Both the position numbers and the translations under genes were made by a program. Under the pieces are notes generated by a model. The model made no database searches and was not told the origin of the DNA. It was given only the letters and a program-made list of their open reading frames with translations. Source: Phoronis australis (taxonomy: Eukaryota; Animalia; Phoronida). Taken from it: a stretch of DNA of 64,000 nt. Below, piece by piece: positions 46,502 to 60,019 of this stretch (the stretch's first letter is position 1; each line of letters begins with the position of its first letter). The stretch lies in assembly GCA_002633005.1 (NCBI GenBank), contig NMRA01000361.1, positions 248,001-312,000 on the forward strand, in the 5' to 3' direction.

Positions 46502-49500
46502 ATGACTGGTTCAACGCGAGACGACAAAAATATGGAGTCGCCACCAAATCAGGTTTTTTAAGTTGTTTTTCTTGTATTTTATCTTTTGTCCAACTGGCAG
46601 TATGCTAGAAAAAAGTCATGTGGTCTTGTATGCGAGTTAGTGTACAAGAATAATGTGTCAAACACCAGGAATATTGCACGTGAGGTGGATAATGGGTTGT
46701 GTAACTTAAATGGCTTTGCACGCAGTCGTCATCTTTATTCGCTAAGCTTTCAGTTCATAGAATGTTGTACAAGCTTTGTGTCAACTTCATCGTCAGTCAG
46801 TCATAACTTAGTTTATCTTTAGTTTTACTGACATTGACTGAGACTTTCTACAGAAAACATCTTTTGTCTATTAGCATAAATATGCCGTTGCCTTCTAGTT
46901 ATTTCACATTCTTGTTTCAGAGTACAAGTGGTGATTCTAAAGGTCGGCCGGGGTCACGGGTTCTACCTCGGGCAACTGACACGCCCACTTCTGGGCGGTC
47001 ACTTGACAGACAGAATAGTACACCCAAGGGAGTCATGAATTACGGACCATTCTTTTTGGAATACTCATTGTTAGCGGAATAGTAAGTATTAAGTGTTCTG
47101 TGAATGGCCACATTCCATCATAAGGTGAACTCTGTGCTGTTTAACCGCAGTAATTCTGCTCACCTGCCTAGCAGCGCATGATGCTCCAGCTTATTATCAT
47201 AGTTGTGCCATCACTACCAAGTTTTGCAGTGCACAGTCTGTTGCAATGCTGGTAACATACTTTTACCTTGGGAGTAAATGAGGCTAAGTGTTGACTCATG
47301 CAAATCATTGTTATCCAAAATCATCCACTATGAGGGTAGTTACCAAGGCATTTATTTGACTTCAGTTATTAAGTGTTATTTTACTCTATTGTAGTAGCCA
47401 GGCTATGTGGAATTTGACTTCTGGAATTGTTCAGCGAGTTGCTACTATATTTGAGTAACAACTTTGTAAATTAAAGTAATTTAATTGTGCACCGTGTTCC
47501 TATTAGGTTTAGTAACGATTTAGTCGCCAAGTTATAGTCATAGTACTGTTATACTCATAGCACAAGTCTTAGCTATCATAATAGTGCAAGTCATAGTTAT
47601 AGTCATAGTACAAATTATGGCTATAGTCATAGTTCATGTCATAGTACAAGTCATAACGCTACATTTCAGTAACCAGCTACAAAAGCAGCAGTTACCAGGT
47701 GTCTATGTCATGCCATCAGCCAACTCAGTATTATGTAAGTATTAATTCGAAGAAGTGTTAAAAACCAGCAGTTTCATGATTTCGGCATGTTGCTATACTG
47801 TTAAAATCCCTATATAATTATAGCTCATAATTTCAAACAAAGCGTACTACAACAAACAAATAATGATATATTTTGTGATTTCTGATGGAGAAATTGTCAA
47901 TGATTTGTACCTTCGAGTGACAATAATACCAGCGTATTCAGTGTTTTCTGCAATTTTCTATCATGTAAGTATTAACTATGTTTTGGGCCATTTGCTAATG
48001 GTTGGATATAACATGCCCGAATTTTGAGAACCAGTTTTCTCCACTGAATAACAGGCATCAAACTGGTTCTCAAAATACGGACACATTATATCCAACTGAT
48101 GCCACCTATTCAGTATGTTGTATCAATAATGATATCAGCCATTTCAGCATGGCAATAGTCTGATATAACGTATCTGCATTATAATCTTGAGAACAAGTTT
48201 GATGCCCGTTATTCAGTGCAGAAAACTGGTTCTCAAAATTCAGGCACGTTATATCTGACCATTACCTTTGAGTATTTACCATGCTTTGCTCTCCTGGGAT
48301 CAACATGATCCATTCTGGTAAAAAAATCATAATTAACATCATGGAATTCTTTGAGAACTGTTCAAATCGATGAAATAATCATTTATTGATGAGACTCACT
48401 TAATGTTCTTAATTTGTAAAAACGAAGAGGCCTTGGACCCGTTCCAAGAAACCTGACTTAGCTCAGACAAATCTTAAATTTGAGTCAAATTTAAGTTAAA
48501 ATTTCAATTTGCTCTTAAAGTCCGTTCCAAGAAAGTGGTCTTAGGTTTGACTTAAGTTTTGACTTGAGCTTGGAATGACTAACTTACCAGATGACTTTGT
48601 AGAAGTTTCAAAGTTTGGAAGTTGAGACAAATCTAATACTTATATGTAAAAGATGAACTTAAGTCCGTTTCTTGGAAACGGACCCTTATGTTTAAAGCCT
48701 GGGTGTATTACACGTGTGTGTGGTTTGATTATGGCTATATAAACCTGGGATATTATTTCTTTCAGTATGGCATGGAGTGTTGTTTCTTCGACAAGGCCTG
48801 TACCAAGAGGGTATCTTTCGCTTCTCACTCTTGATTCCTGACAATTACCCAGAGGGAGACTGCCCTGTGCGTACCCAGTGATAAGTTCATCATTATCATT
48901 TTGGAAGTTTTATTACGAAATTGTCATTCCGAGGGAGACAGTTGCGTTCGTGTTGAGTTTAAAAATTTGTTATTGCCAAAACTGCAATGTTCATGGCTCA
49001 CCGAGTACTCTCTGCTTACTATAATCATAATTTTCACTTGTCAGAAAAAATTAACCCTAAAATGACTTTGGATTGATAAAGATACCCTAAAATTCCTTCG
49101 GAGTCATGAAGATAATTTAGCATTTAGGAAATTACTGGCATGTGGTACATGTTAGTTTTGCCCATTTATTTCTCGTTACGTCCATTACAGTCATCCGTAG
49201 AATGTAAGACTTTTTTATTGTTGTCTACTTCAGCGTTTAGTATTCGATCCACCAGTCTTTCATCCCCTTGTTGACCCTGATTCTGGAGAACTCGATGTGA
49301 AGCGAGCCTTTACAAAGTGGAGGTGCGTAGTGTGTGTTGATGAAATTCATTTGTACCCACCAGTCTGCTTCATTATAGTATAGGGCAGGATTGGCATTGC
49401 TATGATCTCACATTTATTTGCTGTCTCACACATTTGGACTTGAACAGAAATCAGTTTGTAAGCAATCCAGAGGATCTACAAAATTTTTGCCTGCGATGCC

Positions 49501-52500
49501 TAAAATGTACATAAAAAGTTGTTAAACTGAACATAGCTCATTAGTAATTGCTCAACTTTCGTTATTTACTCACACTGCGCCACCTGGTGGTATGATGTCA
49601 TAAACAGAACACATGCACTCTGAGCCTGTCTACAGAAAGTCACAAAAGGATTACTAAATTAGCATTTTCTAACATTTGTTATCCACCAAGAATTAAGGCG
49701 CAAAGTTTTAGTTGATCAAAGATTGCAATAAATGGTTTCAGGTGCATTTCTAGTTTCTTACTTATTTTTGTCTTTCACTCGGTTTAGGAAAAATGTCCAT
49801 CACATCTGGCAGGTCCTGCTTTACGCTCGACGGGTCTTCTATAAGATAGACACAAAGAATGCTCTGAATCAGAAAGCTGCCAAATTGTAAGTATTTTCAT
49901 GTTAACACTGTCACCTAGCAAAAGGAATGCGTATCATTGTGACAGAGCTCTATCCTACTGACCTATCGCAAGCTCCGCCCCCTTGCGAAAAGTCAACTAT
50001 TAAACAACAAGTTTTACCTGATGACGTATTGTTTGTCGGGTAAAGTGGCGGCTTGGAAACGGAAGGTGTGTCAAGAATGCTGCGTTCTGATTGGCCAGTT
50101 AAGTCGTCACTCAAAATCTTGGCAATAGGTCAATTATCAGTGAAATAAATTTTCACAATCCGAGTGGCATTGATGTTTGGCGTTGTTATTTGTCACTTCA
50201 ATTCATCGTTGGAATGCATTGATCATTTTGTAAAATTAAAATAACTCATATGTATCTATGTGTGTATCTATGTGGGTGCATATTGCCGTCATCTCTGTCT
50301 GGCGTGCGACATCTGCTGATGTATATCCTAAACCCCTTGCAGGATCTTAATGAGGTTTGGTAGATTTGTTCTTGTGAAACTGACAACATACGACGATGAA
50401 TTTCAAATTGTCCAACTAGTGATGTGCCCCCTAGTGACAATTTTATTTTTTTTCGCCTTTGCCTTTGCCTCTGTATTTAGGAGGCTCTTGAAGGATTTTC
50501 ATGAAAATTGGCATATAAGTTTCTATTAAAGAGAGGACGATGTCTTCCAATTTTTGAGTGGATTTGATATATTGTGCACCACCTAGAGGCTCTTCTGTTC
50601 CACTTAATGGCAAATTTGTTTTTTCGCAGTTGCCCCTGTATTTTTGAAGTTTCTTGATGTCTTTTGGGGAACCCTGTATTAGAGAGATGACAATGCATAT
50701 TTTGCACCATTTGATGGCCATTGTTTTGATACTAATAAACACCCCAAGTAGCATACTGTTTGTGGTGCATCCATGGACGTATTTCAATGCTCCACATTGC
50801 TCTTGTGTAGCAGATCGTTTCCTATGACACACTTTAATTGTGATGAATGTAGCATGTTATATGGGCCCTCTATATTCAGTACTCACTCAGCACAGTGATG
50901 AACAAGACCTATTGGTCTACAGTGGTGTACATCCAAGCTCCTGTGTTAGGTCTAGTTGAAATTTAGGCTTCTGTGATCTGGTCTATGTCTGCTCCAATGT
51001 TTTGCAGGTATGAACAGGACCCAGAAATGTTCAAGAAGAAGGTGTCTGACAATGTTGCCCTGTGTAAAGACAAGATCTATGAACCTCCAAGCTCATCTGA
51101 CCCTTACGCACTTAGGTTAGTGAAATACATCAGTTCTAATGGCAGATTTTGATGACTGCATTCATTTGTATTGTCGTATTGACTCAATTTAACAATAGAT
51201 GTCTCTGTTAGTCCTGGATTTTGTTTGCTCTCTCAAAATAATGTATCAAACTCCACCAACTCTGCTAATTGTCATTGTTTCACATAATATTGCCAGACAT
51301 ATTATTTACAGAAAGTCCAAAAAAGCTTGGGAATAGAAGCAGTTTTCAAATAAACCACCACATTTAATTTCCTTGATTCTGTAAGAATTATTAGGTAACC
51401 TCTGTCAGTTCATTGTTAAATAACAACTATGAACAATGCGTGTAATGTGAATTCCTGTCTTGATGGTTGTCAGAGAATTAATAAACTAAAACAATAAACT
51501 ATGACTGTGGTGGTTGCGCAAAAAACCCAGTAGGATTCATGAATAACTTCTCAAATTTCACTGTTTTTAAGTACTCTATTTATGCCCGTCAATGTCCACA
51601 TTTGGTTAAACTTACACCCCCGGATTTTCCCTATCTTCTGGTTTAAATGACCCTCTTATGTGCCAACCTCCAGTTATTGAAGGAACTCGTATGTTTCTTT
51701 GCAATGGCCATGGCATCAATCTCTAAAGAATTTCAGTGCCCAAAATACACGCAATTTGTCGAGGTGTGACTAATATCATTCTGTATTCTGCTGAAGTTGT
51801 GTTTCACGGTTGCATGTGACTTGACATGAATACAACTCCTTGGGCATCAACTCAATTGGTTGTTGGGTTAAATGTTTGACTTTTCATAAAATTTGAATGC
51901 TTACTGAATCAGGTTCTCAATTTAAGCACGCTGGGCTTTAATCTGGACTAACACGATAACTGTTCATTATCATTGGCATTCTGTTTCGTCCAATGCACTC
52001 TCATCAAGACTTTGTGCTCATTTCACCAATACACTCTCGTTTCAGGTTCAGCCACTGGGACCCAACTGTACATGCAGAACAAAAAAACAAAATGCTCTCT
52101 CCAAAGGTACATGCAGGTGATTAGTTCTGTCTTGCTTCATAGTTCTCCCTATGGTCATTGTTTAACCTTCCAGGGACTGGCCTGTATAAGTTACCCCGCT
52201 ATTGCTTGGTTTATGTTGTAATTTGCTGTGGTGGTGGCCTAGAATGTCCTGTTTACTTATTTCTTAGAATGCTAATTTCTTTGGTGTTATTTAGTTTGTA
52301 TTCAGAGTCCTGTACAGTACAACTGTGGTAATTAAGTCAAGTTGAAATTGACAACTTCAGACTGAATCGCATTTGCAATCTGTGGAAAATTGGAAAATAC
52401 TAACTTTTCACATTTAACAATACTAAAACGCATTTAGATATTTCCATAGTGGATCTGTATGTGGCTATCAGTTGTGTGTTTTATTATTTTCTGATATATA

Positions 52501-54025
52501 TCTATTTCGGTATTTATATGTGCTTGCTCATCTTATATAAAGCTGTCACTAAGTGTCATTGGAAAAAGGACATTAATATTGATGAAGAATAACGGAGTGG
52601 CCATGTTCTGGTGAAGCTAAAAGTGCATTCACTTTACAGTTCAGGTGGGCAAGGGCGAGGGTCTGGTAGTCTCTTGTCTTACTTTACAATCAGTTTTTAG
52701 ACGTCTTAACTAAAAGAAAAAGTACATCTGACCTGGCTTTTGATGAACAAGACAATCATGTAAAAAGAGTACCTAGAATAGTTTGTACTGTACATTTCTG
52801 AAGAAGGGAGAGAGTGATGCAAAAAGTGTAATTTTACATTGTAATTATACCCTTCATTGTTGACATCTATTTGTAAACTTGTCGAACTCTAAACTCTATG
52901 AATAAACGTATTTCTCAGAACAGTAATGTAAATCTATTTCTTTTCGCAATGCAGTTAAATCTTTAGGTTCACCATTGAGACGTTACTTATATTAAGTGGA
53001 ATTTGCAGACGTAAAATTAAATTTTGCTCTGGGTGATTTCTACATCTGCTACCATATTGAACCGTAACTGCATTGGTAGTCGGAGATATTGGTTCTTTTT
53101 TTGACCCAATTCTCAGGTAGTATTCTAAAATTATTGAACATCACACTGCCAGTATAAATGAAGAAAAGTCTCGGGTTCTCTTTTACGGAGAGAGGAATTA
53201 CAAACACCCAAACACCAATTTTTACAAAAAAGAATTGTCATTGATAATGCTATGAGATAGCCTAAACTGGAACCACTGAAGTTTCACATCAAGAGTAAAA
53301 TTCACATAATAAGCATTTCTCAACCAATCAGAAGTACTGGGTATAGCTGTTGTCAAGCACCAGTTCTTTATTGCAATTTCCCACTGAGTTAATTGTGTTC
53401 AAATGCCAATCGACCTCCAACTCACAGATATAGATATTCACCAGACTACTAACATTCCTTGAAATGTCAATACCAATGTTACAGCTATTGACCCTACGAG
53501 ATGGTGGACGTTATGAGTCACCCAGGCGATGTACTTGATGACCAAATTACAAAACTAAAACTTGTTGAAACTCGCTGTAATCTCCCAACATTGCGGAGCT
53601 GTCTGGCAGATTCCTTCAAATGTTTCGCCCTCTGCTAGTGTTGCTAGGTACAAAATTCAGTGTCCTGAACCATGAGTTGGACTATTAAGTCCGATACCGC
53701 GGTGGGATTACCACCACGTCTGTTCAGAAAGTGATTGGATTTCACCCACCCAGCGTTTCGGACACCCCGCTCAAACCAGAAATTCATGTTCACTGTATCA
53801 GATGTCCCATGTCACAAAGGTGTTCAAACACTGCAAAACTGAACCATTGAAAATTAGATTCCAGGAGTGTTTTTTTCACAATTTTCATGATGATTGACTC
53901 GAATTGTGTGAATATTTATGTTCATGTGTTATTTTCAGAGTAAAGAGATAGAGAAGTCAAGAATAGATGGGTTCACATGGATGTTGGGCAATAGAATCTT
54001 TGAGAAGGATAAGCTAGATTTGTGA
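46502..54025 (+). CDS. AKTIP: AKT-interacting protein / Fused toes homolog (catalytically inactive E2 variant), ~273 aa
   Basis: Exons 46502-46552 (start less certain), 46921-47081, 47670-47734, 48766-48866, 49234-49322, 49788-49886, 51008-51115, 52046-52106 and 53939-54025 (822 nt). Motifs [54 protein letters not shown] (Asp at the E2 Cys position), [17 protein letters not shown]. Confidence 0.92.
47996..48264. mobile_element. Palindromic MITE with ~65-bp TIRs and TA flanks (AKTIP intron)
   Basis: TAATGGTTGGATATAACATGCCCGAATTTTGAGAACCAGTTTTCTCCACTGAATAACAGGCATCAAACT is mirrored at 48197-48264. A fragment also occurs at ~30355-30393. Confidence 0.75.
48435..48685. mobile_element. ~250-bp MITE, copy 2 of the 1667-1908 family (opposite orientation)
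   Basis: TIR GGACCCGTTCCAAGAAAC / GTTTCTTGGAAACGGACCC; shared internal GAAGTTTCAAAGTTTGGA.GTTGAGACAAATCT. Confidence 0.7.
50246..50806 (+). mobile_element. Degenerate second copy of the HINE-like element
   Basis: GTGGGTGCATATTGCCGTCATCTCTGTCTGGC start, CCCCTAGTG/ACCTAGAGG core units, and 3' CGTATTTCAATGCTCCACATTGCTCTTGT, all paralleling 39102-40548. Confidence 0.55.
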
Positions 54026-54936
54026 TAAACAGCAGGCTGTTGTTTCGACTTATACAGAGACGGTTTTAGCTTGTGAACTTTGTTGCTGAGAAGCATGGAC
54101 TAAATTGAGTGTGAAACTGCCGTGTTCATCTGGTGCCGTGAACTATTGATTTCATGAGTATGGATAGCTGGTACATGTACGGTAACGGCTCTACATTTTT
54201 GCACAAAATTAGATAATTACTTTTGTCTGGCAGTGGGGGTGAGCGAAAGAAGTAGAATGGCTGGAAATATCAAATGAATAGAAACTTAAAAAATCATCAG
54301 TGGCATTTTAGCTTCTCAAGCATTGTTTCAGTAATATTTTCGCAGGAAATTGCCAGGCATATAAATAGCCCGGTGCAATAGATTACGACACACTGTAGCC
54401 ATAGTTTTGAATGAACAGAAAGTAAAAATACCGGCTGTTGCACCATTTTGCATTAACAGAAAGGTAAAATATTTTTTGTTAACTAATTTTGGGTGTGCTG
54501 AAAATTAGAATGTACGAAATTGTAAAACAGTTACCGTGATATAAACGAAGCTGCAGCCTAGGAAAGGACTCTAGTAGTGACAACTGACTGCCGATACAAG
54601 TAACAGTGTATGATCTGTTTGTTTCTTGGCCAATGGGTCTTCCATACTAATCAACATTTTCAGCAGCATACAAAATATTTATTTAACTGCCAGGATACAT
54701 TTTTGAAATTTTCTCAAATTGTCAGTGAGGACAAGAGAGGAAAGTTAATTTTTGAAAGTACTCTATACGAGGTAGATGACATAGGTTTTGTATGCTTTTC
54801 AAAATGTAAGTAATAATGGGAGTCATCCTTGATGTAGCTTTGTTTCCACTATGCCTGTGTGCTGTTGTGTGTGTGTGGGCTATTGGATATTTAATTTAGT
54901 GTTGGTAGCTGGGATGACTGGAAGGTTCACAGATTG

Positions 54937-55148
54937 ACATTGAGGATACTGTGTACAATTGTGGTAAACAGATTGTCTAACTTGGTGTTGTATCACGTGA
55001 CATTGAGAATACTGTATACTTGTGGTCAACAGATTGTCTAACTTCGTGTTGTATCACGCGACATTGAGAATACTGTATACTTGTGGTCAACAGATTGTCT
55101 AACTTCGTGTTGTATCACGTGACATTGAGAATACTGTATACTTGTGGT
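54937..55148. repeat. Minisatellite, ~61-bp unit x 3.5
   Basis: GACATTGAGAATACTGTATACTTGTGGTCAACAGATTGTCTAACTTCGTGTTGTATCACGT units at 54937, 54999, 55060 and 55121. Confidence 0.9.
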
Positions 55149-56283
55149 TCATCATTGCATTTCTTGCTGTAGGCGCAGGTCACAGTATTTTTCCTCTCTC
55201 GCTACGTTACAGTGACACTTCTTGAAACAATAAGTAAATGTATTTTAAAATTGTCTGAAAACTTGTATTTACCTCACTTGATTAACTGGTAAAACTGAAC
55301 ACTAACCATCACTGAATGATTATTGAACTAATGAAGTATAGCTGGGTGAGCAACGGGGGAAATTCTGTGATACGTGCCTTTAAACATGTCAAAACCATGA
55401 TTAGATTGTACGGAACTAAGTCTATGTTGAGTACATCATTGTTTGTCAGTGTTCACACTTTTTTCAAACTTGGTTACCGTGGTTACCGTGGTTAATAAGA
55501 GAAATTAGAAAAAAAAGTAAATATGCTGTATGAATTTGTCATTTATGCATTGTGTGCTTGGGTACAGTCTTCACCCTTAATTGACCTACTGGTTGCAAGA
55601 CAGTAATCTTTGCATTTTTGTCGGCATGCGTGGTTTTTTAGTCAATTTGCTAGCTGAAATACTTGTGGGTTTGTCAATTAACACTGATAACGTTTACTCT
55701 TTTTGGCTTGGCTGATGCTCGTTATTTTTATCAGTTTATTTGCATAATTCTTCCGTGCAGAATTTGTAAATCATAGAAGGGAGTCGGTGTGTTCAGCATT
55801 TACTTCATAGACCAATGCTGGCATGTGTTATTTTACTTAGTTCGGGTCAGATTATCTCCACATGTTACCACATGCGGTATTATCAGACATCAAAAGCAAT
55901 GCCAAGCAGCCGTTTCTGGTTTTGGTAACTTCTGCTTCCCTTTCTCGCAAATAGTGTCTTTGCTGAACTATTTTTAGCACAGTCACGAAATATTTTCACG
56001 TTTGGCAATTCTTTGTTAGTCGACTCATGGATGAGACTGTCTCGCCACCTGGTGACTGACTTGTTAGGCGGGGTTAAGTGTTACTATGTGTTCACTATTC
56101 AGATTTTTGTGTAAAACATATTGTGTATTGTACATTTCCTTTGCGCAAACAACAATGATGTGTGTGCTATATTTTCTTATCTGTACACCTTACAAAACAT
56201 ATCTATTCATTGTATCTAACAGGTCTTGAAATGAAATTTTCCATTCAAATTAATTTTGTCTACTAAATTTTTTTGCAATAAAT

Positions 56284-59200
56284 TCATCCATTTTGCATTG
56301 GCGACCCAATGTTGTGATTATGAATTGCATCTGCCAGTTGATTACTCAGCGTATATCGCACGCCTCTCCATGTGAAGTGGCTAGGTGGGTCAGCACCTTC
56401 GTCACCACTGCTAAACTCAAAGTGTTTGCTGAACTCGATAGCCAGGCTGGATTTAATGAGTCCAAAACCTCCGACTTTATCAGGTGCTGGGTGGTAAATT
56501 CTACCACTCTCCGGCACCATGCACACTTGATCTGGCTGGAATGGTACGGTTAATAAATCCCCGCCGTTATTGTGGGAGAAGAGTTCACCATCCTTTCCTT
56601 CTAACACCTGTGTGAACACTATGGGGCAGTCGTCGCACCTGATGTAGTTCATCTCTGGACCACACGGCGATATGTAGGGGAACTCGGAATAACGATCAGT
56701 GGTGTTTGCTTTTAATCTCTTGAAGAAAAATTGTAAAAATTTCTTTTCTGCAAAATAAAGCAGAAAATATGTCGGCATATGAAAAGGAACTGAAAATACT
56801 GTCTCGCTATATTTTGCACCATACTATTTCAATAGCTAGCTATAGATCTGTGCAATTTTATAAAGACAAACACATTATTTAAAAGGGTACTAAACCCTAA
56901 TGTTAGGTGATTCCAGCCAATCCTAGTTGTGTTCCAATACAACACTGGTGTTGTAATGATAAAAGTAGTATTCAAATAAACACTAGCTCATTAACTGCAC
57001 TTGATTGACTTTGTCGATTCTGCCAGGTCAAACAGCTAAGATGTCTGAGTGGTATAAGCCACAAGTCATCATCGAGAGCCAATCGGATGTCTTGGATGGT
57101 TAACCCGCCAGAACTTGCAAAGTCAATGAAAAACAGCCATTCTATCATAAGATGTGTCATGTAGGTTTCGATGTGTAGCCTTTCCCCACAGTTGCCGTTA
57201 AATTGGCTAAAGCGTTAGTCACCCTTGGCAGGTTAGCAGACTTTGTAAGAAGTTTTGTTCCAAACTTTTGAGAGCTGACAAGGGCATTATTTTATATTTG
57301 AGACCAAAATGGCAGAGTCCTTAATATCTGCTAATGGGCAAACCCGGGTTTAGTATTTTTTAAACTAAAGAAAGTAATTTCCACAGTAACATCCCTATAT
57401 TCTGAGTCGTATGTTGAAAGTGAACTATACCTTTGAAGCATGATGTAAAGTTTTTCATCTTGGCATCGTCAAGGAACAACTGAAAGATAAAATGTTGAAC
57501 ACAGTGAGAAACCATGGTAGTATCCAAGGAAACGCTTTGTAGAGTTCTGTAGCTGTCTCGCGGAGAGAAAAATCTAGCCAAAATCAGATGCTCTCAATGA
57601 AAATACATGTCAATATCTCGCTAAGTCTCACTTTTTAGTGAAGTCCTAGCATAACTGAACTCTGCCCTGGTGTTAGCAAGTCACTTTTGGCATTACAAAT
57701 ATCTCGTCAGACTATTCCAGACGGAGAGAAGCTTTTCAATTGCATCTCATCTAATGTTAAATTTCCCTGGCAGTCTTATCGAGTATCACACTTACTGATG
57801 GAGAGAAAAGGAACTAAGATCATCTGGTTGTCACTATCAGTTCTGGTTTAGCACTTTTCTATAAAACTGCAGGGTACCCTCATCAGGGTAGATAAAAGAC
57901 TCTTTGCTATATCCTGTTGCGATAAAAATTCTCCAATTCGGGACAGCCTCTACAGCACTGAACACAAATTACAAGTAAACAGGATTTGATATAAAAGTCA
58001 AGTAGAATAAAGAAACTGAGATTGCAATTAAACGATAAAAATATTAACCTGGCACTTCATTAGTTCATATCATCCTAATCTACTGTTGTGATCGCTCAAG
58101 GTATCAGCTTGAAATACGCAGACAAACACACATTGACAGTCACACTTCACACCCAGCCCAGAGGCAGCACCTAGCTAAAGGCTTTTGGGAAGTCTTTGGC
58201 TTCTGCAGCCAATCCCAATTAGTTAATCGTTAAGTCACTTACAGGATTCTAGCATTACATGAACCAGCTTTTCTCTTTTGAATAACGGGCATAAAGCTGT
58301 TTTTAAATATCTGAAACCCTTGTGACTTATTGACCACTCAGATATTGGTAACATCGATTAAACAAAGGTGACCTCAGTTCGTCTACCAACCCTACTACCA
58401 GGAGCTGGCAATAACTTTTAGTGATTGAAAATATACCAAAAAGTCACTCAGTTTAATTTGCCAATAACTTTGTCCTCAGTTCTTTTATCATTCGCTCTAG
58501 CAATTAAGTTAAATTCAATCCTATCACTGGTGCAAATTACTTGAACATGTGTTAAAAATCATCCACGATTGACAAACATGTTTTCTTATGGCCAAGCTCA
58601 CAACATTTTTAGGTCAGGTGAGTTTTAATTTGCACATTTAGGACAAAAAATGAAAGGATCGAGATAAGTGAAATTTTCAAAGTGTTTAAAATACATGTTA
58701 CTGTTTTCACGCGTATTGTTTAGCATGCTTTATTTCATCAATCAAATCGGTAAAGTATTCTAATTACAGGGCCGTATTACAGTGCCTACCTTGGGCAACG
58801 GGGAGCATAAAAACACTGACAAAACTGCTATTGCCTCACTTTCGTTTTTTTGTCGTAAATATGGAACATTATGGGTCAACTGACCAGAAAAAGATGTGTC
58901 CTTGGTTCTCAACAGACAAGTTTTAAAATGGCGTCAAAAAGTATAAAGGTTATTGACTGGTAAGTCTGAACTTGTTGAACTTTCTGGAAGTACATTTTCA
59001 TTCAAAAGTTCAAAGCAACAATTCCGATAGGTAACCGAGGTAGGATTACCAACCCTTCCGCAATCGATGAACTGTTGTCTGGTTATTATTCATGCGCACA
59101 CCCAACCTTTAACATGGTGGGCTCATGTGGACCTTTTGCTGACAAAAAAGCGGGAGGACTAAAAAAACAGGGTACAACCTTCAGAACTTTGAACTGCGTC

Positions 59201-59584
59201 TGCACTTTTTTCGTGGACTTTTGTCACTATGCTCGGATTTTTTGTTTCTATGAGGCGGACCTTTTTGCCTAATGGGGGGCGCCTTGGAGCCCCCCCAAAA
59301 CCCGCCCCCCCGGGTGCGCGCATGTTATTGACTGTCACTGACTCAGCCTGGGCCACGGTTAAGCCATGCTGGCTTAACGTGGCCCAGGCTGAGTCAGTCT
59401 GCCTGTACTCAGACTAGTAATACTTTGTCTTATCTCGTCAACACACCTGTCCTTGATGATCAATGTAATAAAAGTATTCCCTAACTTTTGGTTTTGGCGA
59501 TTGTCCTTGTACATAGTGAACGAATCGTCTTTCCATGCATGGAAATACTCTGTACATTTTAGGTTTCACCCGCACAAACATCAT
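56284..59584 (-). CDS. C8orf82: UPF0598 protein C8orf82 homolog, 216 aa
   Basis: Exons 59447-59584, 57431-57479 and 56284-56747 (651 nt). Motifs YVQGQSP..REYFYYIDHQGQLFLDDAKMKNFTSCFKEKKFLQFFFKRL, FPYISPCGPEMNYIRCDDCPIVFT, GRIYHPAP, GLIKSSLAIE. Confidence 0.9.
59091..59324. mobile_element. 234-bp MITE with CATGCGCACACCC / GGGTGCGCGCATG TIRs and 5-bp TSD
   Basis: 13-bp TIR with one mismatch; TTATT directly flanks both ends. Confidence 0.75.
59337..59398. repeat. Near-perfect 62-bp palindrome (hairpin) in C8orf82 intron 1
   Basis: ACTGACTCAGCCTGGGCCACG(G)TTAAGCCA-TGC-TGGCTTAACGTGGCCCAGGCTGAGTCAGT: about 29-bp stem with one bulge. Confidence 0.85.
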
Positions 59585-60019
59585 TTTCTCTTGTTGTTTA
59601 CAGCGGAAGTTCACAAAGAACACAAACAAATTTTATTATAGAATATTTTTGCATTTCATACATAAATATAGTCAACTATCACTTTTTATAAATATTACTA
59701 ATTATTTCTTCAATAAATTTTGAAATCTAATGGTTATTCAAAATTAAATTATTTTATGTTTCCAGTCAATTATGAATTAGCCAATCAAAATCTAATAAGT
59801 ACGTTTTGTCCGTGGATCAAGCGCGAGCTTCAGCCCAGGAACTCATTCTTGCTTACTGTGTGCTGTCAAATTAAAAAATTACACGATTGGTTCATATTTC
59901 GTTGAGTCGAAATGGTCTAAGATTTTATGACCAGTTTATTCCTGTAATATTCTTATCTTTGTATATTTAGCGACTAAACTAGACGCTTGCCAAGGATCGT
60001 GAGAGGCTCAGTCTGAAAA
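59585..60019. promoter_or_regulatory. Probable bidirectional promoter shared by C8orf82 and KATNB1
   Basis: 435 bp between divergent ATGs; CCAAT motifs on both strands (AGCCAATCA ~59779, GATTGG ~59885). Confidence 0.6.

Noticed and set aside
47530-47656. TCATAG-like low-complexity run (also a 21-bp degenerate repeat at ~63040-63130)
   Set aside because: Ordinary degenerate intronic micro- or minisatellite with no evidence of function.
50443-50832. 129-aa minus-strand ORF (and similar ORFs at 39084-40286 and 61348-61829)
   Set aside because: They lie within non-autonomous repeats; no Rep/helicase or DDE motifs are visible.
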